Positions 39,101 to 51,337 of a DNA stretch of 64,000 nt are shown in pieces. Each line of letters opens with the position of its first letter. Position 1 is the stretch's first letter. This DNA is from Curvularia clavata (taxonomy: Eukaryota): assembly GCA_023920165.1 (NCBI GenBank), contig CP089275.1, positions 868,001 through 932,000 of the forward strand, read 5' to 3'. The notes below the pieces were generated by a model, which worked only from the letters and a program-made list of their open reading frames with translations, was not told the DNA's origin and searched no databases. The translations under genes were made by a program, and so were the position numbers.

Positions 39101-41519
39101 TCCAGTCATGATCAGCGGTAAAACGCTGCCTTGTTTCAAGCCCTTTGAAACCAGTGTTCGCGCTGGTGGTTACATTGTCAACCGTTTCTTGACTGGTATC
39201 CGACCCCAGGAATACTACTTTCATATGATGGCTGGTCGAGAAGGTCTTATTGATACCGCTGTCAAGACTTCACGCTCCGGTTATCTGCAAAGATGTATCA
39301 TCAAGGGCATGGAGGGTCTCCGTGTTGAATACGACACCTCGGTCCGTGATTCAGATGGCTCAATGGTTCAGTTCCTTTACGGCGAAGATGGTCTCGATAC
39401 GACAAAGCAGAAATACCTCAACGACTTCAAGTTCCAAGCCCAGAACTTCTACTCTTTGGCTCAAGCTTTGCACACTTCCGAGGCCTATCCGCGTGTATCT
39501 AGTGCTGAAGCCGCTGAACACAACAAGAAGGCGGCGAAGAAGGCCAGGAAGGGTGATATTGCAGCCATGGATCCTGCTACCGCAGTCTACACGCCTTCAC
39601 GACACAGCGGTAGTACTTCCGAAGCGTTCTTGCAGGCCAAGCGGGAGTACTGCGATAAAAATCCGGACAAGTTGCTCAAGAACAAGAAGCACGACGAAGA
39701 AGGCGAGATTCTCAAGCGTACATTTGAGCAGATGCTCGATCTCAAATACCTCCGGTCTCTGGTCGAACCTGGTGAGGCTGTCGGTGTCGTGGCTGGCCAA
39801 TCTATTGGTGAGCCTTCAACACAGATGACGCTCAACACTTTCCATTTGGCTGGTCACTCTGCAAAGAACGTCACGCTCGGTATTCCTCGTCTACGAGAAA
39901 TTGTGATGACTGCTAGTGCAAACATCTCCACACCTTCGATGCAGCTGTACCCTCATCCTGAACTATCAAAGGGAGACTGCGAGAAGTTTGCAAAGAGCAT
40001 CACCCGTCTACCACTTTCAGCTGTGCTTGACAAGGTCACGGTCACTGAATCATCTGGCGCCGGTATAGAATACGGCCAAGCAAGAACCTACAAGGTTCGC
40101 TTGGACTTTTACCCTGCCAACGAGTACACCGAGGAGTATGCTATCAAGGTTCGCGACGTTGCCGAATCTATTGAGCAGAAATTCTGCCCTCGTCTGCAAA
40201 AGATGATTCGTGTCGATCTGAAAAAGAAGGCTCTAAACAAGTCGCTTTCCACCGCAAGTTCAGCCAGTATTCCCACAGTTGGTGAAAGGACTGGCAGGAG
40301 TGGAGAGGCAACTATTGGAGAGTCTGAGGAGACTGTCCGCGCTGATCGGGAAGGTGGAGCTGAAGATGATGCCAGTGATGACGGAGAGGGCGATGATGAC
40401 ACCACCCATGCTAAGGATCGGGGCAGGCGCGAGGACAGTGTAGCCTATGAAGAGCCAGAGGAAGAAGAGCAGGCTGCCAATGACAGGCTCGCTCGAGAGG
40501 ACGAGGTCAGTGAGGACGATGAGACATATGGCGGTAGTCCCAAGCCCTCACGCGCCGCCTCACCCGACGCCGAGTCGGACGACGAAGATGACGAGATGGT
40601 CGTCCCTACAGATGAGACCTCGGACATCCGTCGCGATCGCATCTGCACAAAGAACAACGATGTGTTTGATTTCACTTTCGACGACCGCAAGGGTGCTTTC
40701 TGCGAGGTCACCTTTGAGTTCCCCATCTCTATGCCCAAGCTCCTCATGCTACACCTCGTCGAGGAGGCTGCCAATTTTGCTACCATCCATGTCATCCCTG
40801 GCATCACTGCGGCACAATTCTCTGCAAAGACCAAAGATGATGAGGAGAACATGATCAACACTGATGGCTCCAACCTCATTGCCATGCGCGAATTCGGTCA
40901 CATCATCGACGTCAACCGCATCATGACCAACGACATCGTGGCAATGCTGCACCTCTACGGTGTTGAAGCCGCACGCGCCACCATTGTCCGCGAGATGCAC
41001 GCCGTTTTCTCTGGTCACGGTATCAGCGTCGATCAGCGCCATCTCAACCTCATTGCTGACACAATGACCAAGGGTGGAGGCTTCACGCCTTTCAACCGTA
41101 TTGGCATGAAGGGCAATGTCAGTCCGTTCATGAAGATGAGCTTTGAAACCACTGTTGGTTTCCTCAAGGACGCTGTCCTCGAGCGGGATTGGGACGAGCT
41201 GAAGAACCCAAGTGCCAGAATCGTCGTCGGCAGACTGAGCACAGTGGGTACAGGTGCCTTTGATGTCCTCGCACCCGTCAGGATTCGTGACCCGCTCAAG
41301 GATATTGCTGAGGAAGTCAATGATGTTCTTGTTGGTGGTGTCCGAGAGAAGCGTGATTCGGATTCTGAAAGTGAGTCTGAGGAGGAAGAGGAAGATGATG
41401 AGGAAGAAGGCGAAGAGGTGGAGATGCAGGATATCGAGATGCAAGACGTGGATGAGGTTGAGGAGGTTGTCCAGGAGGAACCGAAGAAGGAAAAGAAGAA
41501 GAAGAACAAGAAGCATTAG
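36132..41519 (+). CDS. RPA1: DNA-directed RNA polymerase I largest subunit
   Basis: GGLHDAALGA, Zn motif C.TC..CPGHCGHIEL across intron 36314-36367, KKEGLFRKNMMGKRVN, NRQPTLHKPS, catalytic YNADFDGDEMN, GEPSTQMTLNTFH, acidic Pol I expander region. Confidence 0.98.
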
Positions 41520-44500
41520 TGGGTGTGGTGACGATGGGTTTTGCTACATCTATGTTGCTATGAGGTGTTTTTCTGTATTGGGTAGCATGGGCTTTAGGCG
41601 TTGATGCTTTCAAAAAGGATGGTATAATATTGCGTAGCAAATCTTATGCTTTTAGGTAGATTCTAAAAACATTTCCAACACTTTGTTCACTTGAATCATG
41701 TGATGCATGACAGACAGTTCCTACATATACGGTGGTACTTTGAGTGAGATGATATTAACATCAAAGACGTTTGGGAACTTCTTATGGAGAATAAGTCGTA
41801 ACACTTTTCCGATTGATGATGAGATCCCCTTTCCTCTATGTGACATGAGTGAGGAGGAGATTACATGTCTAATTGGAGTGAACTGGCAAGAACCAGCACA
41901 GAACTGTGTGTTCTGGCCTCAGCCTTGACCCCGGATCGTTGCCACGCATTCCGCGGCGACGAGCTTGTTGAGACTCTGACGGTTTGTGACATAACACGTG
42001 CGGTTGCCTAGCCTCACATTTCCAATGGCGTGATGATTCGAGACATGCGAGTTTAATGAAGTGTTGGAGTAGTTACACAGATAACCTACATAGCCCCCCT
42101 TGTCCTTGTGTACTCGGGCGTACTGAACAGACTCAATTACATGAGTATGAAGTATGCAGCATATAGTAATTGATCAAATACTGCACGAGGCTATGCGAAG
42201 GCAAGGTCTCTTTATTGTTACATGTGAGATGTAGCTAATGGGAACAAAGAAGACTATTCGCATTGCATAGACTTCAACAAACTACGCGTATGAGGCGTTC
42301 ATATGCGTTCCAAAGGTACATGGATACAATTCCTCTGAGTAAATTCCACCACGTAAGCCCCTTTATTCAAAGCAAGGTCGCAAAATCTCGCAAATGCTTC
42401 CACGAATACCGCATTCGGGCCCGCGTCTTCTTCTTCCTCCTCCCCTAGACTCCTCGGACGCATGCATGCTGACGTGCGGAATAAGTGCGGGGCAAAAAGG
42501 TGTACCGCGCTCGTCCTTTTCCCCGGCCAACAAGGTAGTTGTTCAAGGAGCGGGAATGAGTGGAACCGTTCAGCTTCGATCAGGCGGTTTCTTGTGTTGC
42601 TTTTTGTGCGACTGGGGATAGCATGTGGTCTTGATAAGGCAGATGGGCGCTAAACATGTGTACACATGCTCAGTGAGTGGGGTTGACATGGGGGGATGAG
42701 CATGTATCCGTACTACGGTCCTTCTTTCAGTTCGTGTTCCCTCAATGATGGTGACTGTATCCTGCATGACTGATAAGACATTGGACGACCTTGGAAGTTC
42801 TAGCCTTGAACCAATGGTCTGTGTCTAGGGTCCCTTGGAACGGTCCCCTAAATCGCCAGACCCAAAATTGACTGCGTTATTTAGAAATTGATGCATACTG
42901 TCGCTTGTTGAGACAGCTTTTGGCCGCGGAAAATACGGTTGCTGGCATAGGGCATACCTAGCACATAAGCGAAACTGCATTATCATCTTCTCGTACGGGA
43001 TAAGTGGCGAAAGGTATCTCAACAAGTAAAAACGTACCCTCGGCTCATGTGGTTATCTTCAGTGTCTACGATCCAAGTGCCGATCTTTCACAATCCCCTG
43101 GTGTAGCTTATTATTGGTCCAGAGCCCGGTATACTGGGACACAGGGGGCGCGTCAAGCGTCTATTGGCCAACGATAATACAGTTTCGCTAAGGGAGTACG
43201 ATACCTTCAATCATAGTCGTTTCTTTTTTTCTTACTTCCCAAACATCTGTACAAGCATCAGTCAATGTGCAAATCGGTTGTCTGCGTCATGCCCCGGGAT
43301 CCCGATCGTTGTCGTGACCCGCACCAAGTAAATGTCTTGTTCGCCAAACTAGCCTCAACAATCGGCATCGATTATCAATGCCAACATGTTTCTCTGCTTA
43401 GCCCTGTGGGGAGCAGGAAGCAGGGAGGATCAGCCATATTGCATAAGCACATGAAAGCGACCGTTTGTTCGCGACAAGAACAAGGTGGCGTGCACATGGG
43501 GTGTCGCTCGCGTATGCCTCCCGACGTTCCCCTTCTGCACGGGGCAGTGGGAGGATCCCGATGGATCGAGGCTCTCGGTGGCATACCAGACGTGCCGCGG
43601 TCCGTTGGATGATGCTCGGCAGCAGGTGAATGTAAATTTCCGATTTCTCGTGATAGCCATGGTCATGTGATAGAGAAGGGATGATGGCGAGATAGAGACT
43701 GAGAGACTGAGCCAAGTCAACGAGAGTGTTTTTTTAGGCTCGACTTACATATTTTGAGCCGCAGTCGCAAACGGCAGCACCTGGAATAGGTAGGTGTCAT
43801 TGTGCTATCTTGGTAAAGGCAAGGCCTCGAACCGGCATGTCTGCGGCCATGAGCCGAAATGTTAAACGCAGGTAGGAGACTCCACTTTCACATGCAACAT
43901 GGATTGGATTGCTTTTCAGGGCTGGTAGGGCTAATCGCAGAGGCGCGAACAGGGCCTCAACAACGCTCCCACCGAATTGCAACACCAGACGCGGTGCCGT
44001 GCTAGCACTAACTTCTGCACGGCCAAAGTACCGGTGCGGCACATATGACGGAGGAAGCGCCCGCACCGATCATCGTGTAGGCAAGGGGGTGCTATGTATG
44101 TGATAAGCCACACGCCAAAACCCAAGGGCAGGGGGCGGATCCAAAGTTGAGCAGAAAGCGCTTCAGCTCTAGCTGGCACGAGCTTGATTTGGATTCCCAG
44201 TTGTACAATTCACGAGCAAGCATGGCGCAATCTTGCTCTGACGTCGTGGGCGGCCAATTGTGCTTGGCCAATGGCTTGTTTTTCACATGTCAAAAAAGCA
44301 GCGCCCCCAAACTTTGATGCCAAACGCCCCACAGCATGCAAAACCCGCCCCTCAACGCAATGCTGCAGTATGGCGACGATTTGACATGTATAATAGACAG
44401 TGTATGGGATGCGTGGCGTCAGTGTATTGCGGGCTCGCTTTGCCTTGTGTAACGTAACGGCTTGCATCGACTGTGTATCTGCAGCGGCTCCATCTGACTG

Positions 44501-44987
44501 CATCTTCGCATCATGGCCTTTCCTCATGCCGTGACGCACGGGAATTGGCAATGAAGAGAAAAAACCCGGAAACGGACAAGTGAGAAGGAACACAGATTGG
44601 CCCCCGCTGTGCTGTCTCTGGCGTGCGTGTGAAAAGTACTGTACAGAACTAGCGGGAATACGACCATGATAGCGATGGATGGATGGATTGGTTTGGGCTA
44701 TCGATAAGGTGGCTTTCACATGCCATTACACACACGCACGCAACAGAGCAGCAAGCCACGCCGTTTTTAGCAAGGTCCCACCCCCCCCCCCCCCCAAAGC
44801 TCAGTCACACCATAGCGCTGGGCCATTATAATAAGGCGAACAGAGATCCCCTCTGCACAATCTCGTGTTTGCACTGCTCGCTCCTCTCTTTCTCTCTCTC
44901 TCCCTCCCCACGGCAGGCTGAATAGAGACATCACCTGCGCCACAGTGAACCGGCATAACATCCTGCTCATCCAGTCTCCCCTAGTCA

Positions 44988-45601
44988 ATGGCGCCTCACG
45001 CAACTGAAGACAGCAACATGGAAAACAACAGCATTCCTCTTACCAATGGCGATGTGCCCAGCTCCAAGATCCTCTCTGTACGTCATCTTCCCCCATGCGC
45101 TCCATGTACCACACGCTAACATCCGTTTCCCCCCTCGTTCAGCACTTGAATTCATACCCAGTTGTGCACGACAGCGTTGAGACATTCAAGACACATCCCT
45201 ACGGCGAGCGTGCCCTCGCCCTGGCCAGCAACACGTACAACAATGTCGTCGCGCCCTTCCACCCATACCTCCGCACTCCTTACTCGTACATCTCGCCTTA
45301 CCTCGCCCGCGCCGACCAGCTCGGCGACAACGGCCTCTCGACACTCGAGTCGCATCTGCCCATTGTCAAGGAAGATACCCAGAAACTCAAGCAATACGCC
45401 TACTCGCCTGTCCACTATGTCCAGGGCACCTGGCAAGACGAGTACAACAAGACACACTACAACAACGGTGTGCTGAAGATGGGTGTTGCGGCTCTGAGCT
45501 TTGAGCTGAGGATGCTGAGCGATGCTTGCGATGTTGTTCTTGCCTATCTGAACAAGGGAAAGGAGCAGACCAAGAAGAAGGTGGAAGAGGTGAACCAGTA
45601 A
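44988..45601 (+). CDS. Perilipin-like lipid-droplet protein (Mpl1/CAP20 family)
   Basis: MAPHA..NGD..SSKILS|HLNSYPVVHDSVETFK.HPYG..PYSYISPYLARADQLGDNGLSTLESHLPIVKEDT. Intron 45078-45142. Confidence 0.88.
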
Positions 45602-46296
45602 GCCTGACTGTGTGGTGGGAACCCGGCCCGAAAGCTGCCATTTCTTTTTAGCTGGGTCATTCTTTTGTGTACTCCTTCATACCTTCCTTTTTCTTCAGAG
45701 GCTTATGCTTTAGCTGGGCCAGTCCAGGGTAAAAAGTGAAAGCGTTTGTGCAAACATGCTCCCTTTCCTACTGCCCGGTCTCTGTATATGTAGCGGGCAT
45801 CATGATTTCGGGTGTAGTTAGGCTGAGCAATAATTATGATATCCCTTTTTTGAGAGAAAAAAAAACAAGAATACAAAGAGGCAATCGCTGCAATGTGAAG
45901 AGATAATCATGTCCATGTGGGTTAACCTCTCCGAAGACAATTGTGACTCGGTCTTATCGAATCCGCAAGATCGCGGCAGTATCCGCCCAAGTCAACGACC
46001 GGGCGACAGCATCGTGTGAGTAGCGCTACAGGAGTTACTATCATCTGCGCATCACGGTCAATCAACATCCAACGAGAACCAAAGGCCAACGTGAAATTCA
46101 TGTGCATTTCATGAAGTTCGTGAATTGAGTCTGATGCCGGATTTTTCATGCTTTGATTATCAAGCCGATATACACGCCCGGATGGCAGGCCGGATTTTGG
46201 GGTCCTGTCATCTTATGATATCCACCGACATGCTCATGCACGATCTTCCGTGTCAAATCATGCCCATCTGCGCCCAGCCGTGACCAAAGGAAAAGC

Positions 46297-46967
46297 TTAG
46301 AACTGTAAGGGAGTGAAGAACCACCTGTTCTTGCCGGACTGGTATCGCTCCTCGAATGCCTTCTTGACCGTCTTCTTGGCCTCCTCCCGTTGCGACACCT
46401 CCTTGAATGTGTCGGCAGAGATGACGCCCTTCAGGTTCTCGAGCTCAATGGTGTAGCGGGTAGGCATGATGTGGGTGTCTGCGCTTGTTAGTGCCTGCTC
46501 CTCCTACCGGACCTCACTTCCACCTACAGTTGACCTGCTTAACGAAAGGCTTGACCTTGCTCTTCTTGGCCTGCTTGGTCTTTGACATGCGGCGGGTGAC
46601 CTTGGATGGGTAGGTCTCGATACCGGCAACGAGAGCGTGGGGGAAGGGGTGCGACTTGGTGCCGTTGTCGAGGGGAGAAATGATCACGCACTTCTTTCCG
46701 GCATAGCGGCCCCGGGTGATGATCTAGGCGAACTGTGAGTGAGTGCGGTTGAGTGGATTCGGGCGATTCAAACGTACGACAACGCGTCCGACCTTGAGGC
46801 TGAAAAAGGCATGTTAGCAGCTGTTGTCTTCCAGGTTGCAGATTTTCCTTGGTGCAAATATTGGTGTCCCGCGACGCTCATAGACGGACATCGCGGTGCG
46901 CCAATTTTACGTGCCAGAAATATTCGTGCGTGCGTGTAATCGGGGAGGGGGACACTCACAACTTCAT
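46297..46967 (-). CDS. RPL27: 60S ribosomal protein L27 (eL27), 4 exons
   Basis: Not in the ORF track. Spliced manually: [70 protein letters not shown]. Introns 46800-46959, 46724-46777, ~46479-46528. Confidence 0.96.
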
Positions 46968-47205
46968 TGTGGCTGTCGTCCGGGTTAGTGATGGGATACT
47001 TGGTCGTGGAGTTCGAGGTGTCGTCAAAGCCAAAAAGCGCTGTGGGCGACCTCGCTAGATCTTTTGGCCGCTCCGCCGCGCTAACCCGGCTAGCGGCGTC
47101 GCTGGTTGGCTGGCCCCGCCCTTGCCTCTAGAAATCTTGAAGACCCGCCAAAAGTTTCGCGGCGCCGACTCTGGACGACTGGACAAGTTGCACACGACAC
47201 CCAAG

Positions 47206-48655
47206 ATGAAGATCAAAGCCCTCAGTCGGTCCACCGCCTCGACGCAGGCGCCCGGCTCCAATGTCACAAAGGTCACGCGAAACCTAGATCCCGATCAGCA
47301 TCCGTTCGAGCGCGCGCGAGAGTACACGCGAGCTCTCAATGCGACAAAGGTCCAGCGCATGTTTGCGCAGCCCTTCCTTGGCAGTTTCGAGCCTGGCCAT
47401 GTTGACGGTGTATACTCCTTTGCAAAGGACCCGAATTCCCTAGAACACTTCGCCAGTGGCAGTGGTGATGGCATCGTCAAAGTCTGGGACTTTACAAGCA
47501 GAGAGGAGAAGTGGCAAGCACAGGCGCACGAGAACCTTGTCAAGGGCATGTGTTGGACTCGAGACAGGAGACTGATAACTTGCGGCTCGGATCGCCAAAT
47601 CCAGATGTTTGAACCGTACGCTCAGCCGTCTGGGTCGCCTCCCAAAGCAACCTGGCATGGCAATTCGGCATTTACATCCGTCTCACACCACCGCTCGCTG
47701 CCTACCTTTGCTGCTGGTTCCAGCGTTATATCCATATACGATACATCGAGGACTTCCGGCGCTCCAGTCTCCAGCCTTGTCTGGCCATCGGTGAGTAATT
47801 CTCTTCTTGCAAGGCACGATAAATACTGATTACTCAAAGGCCATTGATACCATTACGGACGTCAAGTTCAACCAAGTCGAAACCTCAATACTGGCATCAT
47901 GCGCCACCGACAGAGCAGTCATCCTGTATGATGCGCGCACAAACTCGCCTCTTCATCGTACGGTCCTCAACTTTGCCGCCAACTGCATTTCTTGGAACCC
48001 AATGGAAGCCTACAACTTCGCTGTTGCATCAGAAGATCACAATGCATACATTTTCGACATGCGCAACATGAAGCGAGCATTGCAAGTTCTGGTAAGCCTT
48101 TCATCCAAACTTTACCTTCATCACCAGAAAGCATTCACTAACATCAAACAGAAAGGACATGTTGCTGCAGTCATGTCGGTCGAGTTCTCTCCCACTGGTG
48201 AGGAGCTCATCACTGGTAGCTACGATAAGACCATCCGTTTGTGGGAGCGTCAGAAGGGTCACTCTCGCGACACATACCATACGAAGCGAATGCAGCGTGT
48301 CTTCTCCGTAGCGTGGAGTCCGGATAACAACTACGTCCTCAGCGGGTCAGATGACGGCAACATTCGCTTGTGGCGCGCAAGGGCATCCGAGCGACAAGGC
48401 GTCAAGTCATATGCCCTACGACAAAAGCTAGAATATGATCAGGCCCTCATAGAGCGTTACAAGCACATGCCAGAGATCAGACGAATTGACAAGCACAGGC
48501 ATCTTCCCAAGACGGTGAAGAAGGCCGGTGAGATCAAGAACGAGGAGCTCAAATCTCTTAAGAGGAAAGAAGAGAATGAGAGGAGACACACGAAGAAGGG
48601 TGAGGTCAGGCGGAGGGCTGAGCGTGAAAAGATGATCCTCGCACGAGAGCAATGA
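47206..48655 (+). CDS. SOF1: Sof1/DCAF13 WD40 protein (U3 snoRNP, SSU processome)
   Basis: MKIKALSRS, RNLDP.QHPFERAREYTRALNATK..RMFAQPF, YHTKRMQRV, SGSDDGNIRLWRA.AS. Introns 47791-47839 and 48092-48151. Confidence 0.96.
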
Positions 48656-49021
48656 AGTTCTGACAAGAGAACCCTGCTACACTTCCTGCATAGCGTTGGC
48701 GTTTTTTTTTGCATTTCCGTATGACTCGGGGGTTGTTTGATACCACACTGGGTGCATGTTGTCGAAGAAGAAAAGTAAATAGGAATTTGTCGAGGCGCAT
48801 GTTACTCTTTGGATAAGTGTTTAGCATATTAGAAATCAGACGAAACCCCATTATTCTCAACACGTGATGTCGTGAGATTGCGTCATGCCGAGGTGCATAG
48901 GGCGTGCTCGTTGTACACATTCAACCAACACATATCTCAACTCCCTGCATTGCCCTTGTATATCTGTGCTCTAATTGTGCTTCCAACAACTCAACTAGTG
49001 ATATCGCAGATATAGCCAAAC

Positions 49022-50223
49022 ATGTCTTCCACCACAGCCCTCCACACCCAAGACACAAAGTTCACTCAACTCGGGCTTCAAAAAAGCATCGTAAACAAAG
49101 AGCAGGTATGCTGCTATACGCGATCGCTTGAGAATGCCACGGATCAGAATCCCATCTTGGTGCTCATACATGGGTATCCCCAATCTTCGTACATGTAAAT
49201 CATTACTCTTTCTTATTTCCATACTACCGTCCTCTGGAAGAACGATGAAACAAATAGTAAAGGATGGGAGGAGTATGTGGGGAAAAGACTATTCGTGCTG
49301 ATGCAGAGAGACAGGTGGCGCCATTTCATACCACTTCTCCCATCAACCGCACCTCTATTCGTGCCTGATCTCCCCGGCTACGGCGCCAGTGCGGCAATCC
49401 CTCAAAACGATAAATTGAGTGTGGGGAGAGTCGTGCTTGAAGCGTTGAAGACGGAAGTGCAGAATGCGAAGAGTAGCAAGGCCGATCATGACAAGATAAA
49501 AGTCGTTGTCATTGGCCATGATCGCGGCGCCAGAGTCTCGCACCATGTCAGTGTCAGTGGTGTGGAAAACGTGGACATCTTGGGTGTATGCCTGATCGAT
49601 ATTGTATGTCTATTCTCCCGTCTATCGTTCAGATCCTCTTGTCTGCTGCCTCTTCGATACTGATAACATAGCGATAGGTCCCTATCTCAACGCAATGGCA
49701 GCACTTTGCTTCTCCTGCTGCTGCCGCAGCAGAAGTCACTGGATATTTCCACTGGCCCTTCCTCGCCAATGTCGATCTTGCAACCCGGATGATTACTGCA
49801 TTTGGGGCTTCCAACTGGTGTCGGGAGATGATACTGCACTGGGCTGGCAAAAATACCGTTGGTATCAACACACTAAAAGCAGATGATGCACTTGAGGTTT
49901 ACGGTCAGTTCTTTGAGCAAGAACATACGCTGAAGGCTAGTTGTGAGGATTACAGGGAGGGTGCGACGACGGATGTTGAGAGGGAGGAGAAGAGCAATAA
50001 GGAGGGGAGGAAGATTAATGTGCCCGTGTTGTTGGTGTACAGCCAGGCGGGAATCGGGAGTAGATTCACTTTTCCAGATGTTTGGAGGGAGTGGGTAGGA
50101 GAGGGAGTGAATATTCAGCATCATGGTTTGGGAGATGGAGTCGGCCATTTTGGTGCAGAGGAGGCGCCGAAGGAATGTGCTGAAGTGGTTGAAAGGTGGC
50201 TTAAGGATGTGCTGCAGAAATGA
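49022..50223 (+). CDS. Alpha/beta-hydrolase, fluoroacetate/haloacetate dehalogenase-like (3 exons)
   Basis: LIHGYPQSSYM|WR, PDLPGYGAS, GHDRGARV, LIDI|VP, GYFHWPFLA, SCEDYREGATTD, GHFGAEEAP. Introns 49195-49314 and 49604-49677. Confidence 0.85.
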
Positions 50224-51337
50224 ACTAGGATTCTACAAGGTAGTTTTCAGTAAGATCTAGACTATGGTGAAAGTTACGTATAACTGTTATCCGTGGAGGG
50301 ATATCCTTTTTGGACAACTTCTCGAGCCACCCAACGTACTCGTCAAACTCAGAGGGTGTAGAGGGCGACTCCAAGGGCTTTTTACACTGACACAGGCTTA
50401 TAAGAAATTCTCGGGAAGATGAACAGAATCTGGGCGACTCTGATTTCACCGAACAACAAGTATGTGAGAATTCTTACTGTGCTGTAATATCACGTGACCA
50501 TGCTTGAGAGGCATATCAATCTTCTTTTAGGCGCACATAGACGCATTCTTTACTCTGTTAGCTACTGCTGATCCAAGCTCGATTGTTTTTTTTTAATGAT
50601 ATAAAAAAAAGCCTGTCTACCCCACTTTCAGTCACCCCTTGACCTTTTCCTACGATTACTTGTCGTGCCACAGCAGATATAGCCAGAATTTGTGCTCTTC
50701 AAAACTTGAGAAACAGCACGTGCAAGTTGTGTGAAGTTCACTAACATAAGCACTAAGCACCATAGGCCTGCAGTGTAAAGATCATGGATTTGGTAGCTTC
50801 GCCGAGCAACAAATGAGACAGCGTGCGGTCATCACATAGATCATCCTTAGCGTCTTGGCAGCCCCTTCGGGTGTGGTAGGCTCTGCGGGCCGCAGCTGGA
50901 ACTCTTACACTTGTTCATGGGAGCTTTCCAACAGCCAATAACGGAGCAGATACCTTTTTGTCAGAATGCTAGGAATATATTACATACCTCCTCCGAGTTG
51001 AAGTAAGCATGGTTTGCATGCCAACTCGTCCCACGCTTGGCTATTCCACAGAAGTAAGCTCGGCACCCCGCCATGTCGGTGTGCAAACCGCGTTTCCTGC
51101 TATGCTCTTCGGGAAGGTATGCAGATCAATATGGACCTGTGCGTTGTCTGGACTTTTTTTCAGGTCGACAAGAACAAAATCAATCAAGTATTATCATGGG
51201 TAACAGCCATTTAAGTAGCGGGATTAGTTAATGGTACGCCTGAGAGGCGTTTTTATCAGCTCTCACACATGTCATACTAACCTTTCTCCCACTTTTCGTT
51301 ACTCCCTTCGCAGTACGAGTAGGACCCACCTGTTCCT

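Noticed and set aside
40749..41516. 255-aa minus-strand ORF
   Set aside because: Antisense shadow of the codon-biased RPA1 C-terminus.
41520..44987. Short ORFs in the 3.5 kb spacer before the perilipin gene
   Set aside because: No motifs or coherent exon chain; treated as regulatory/intergenic.
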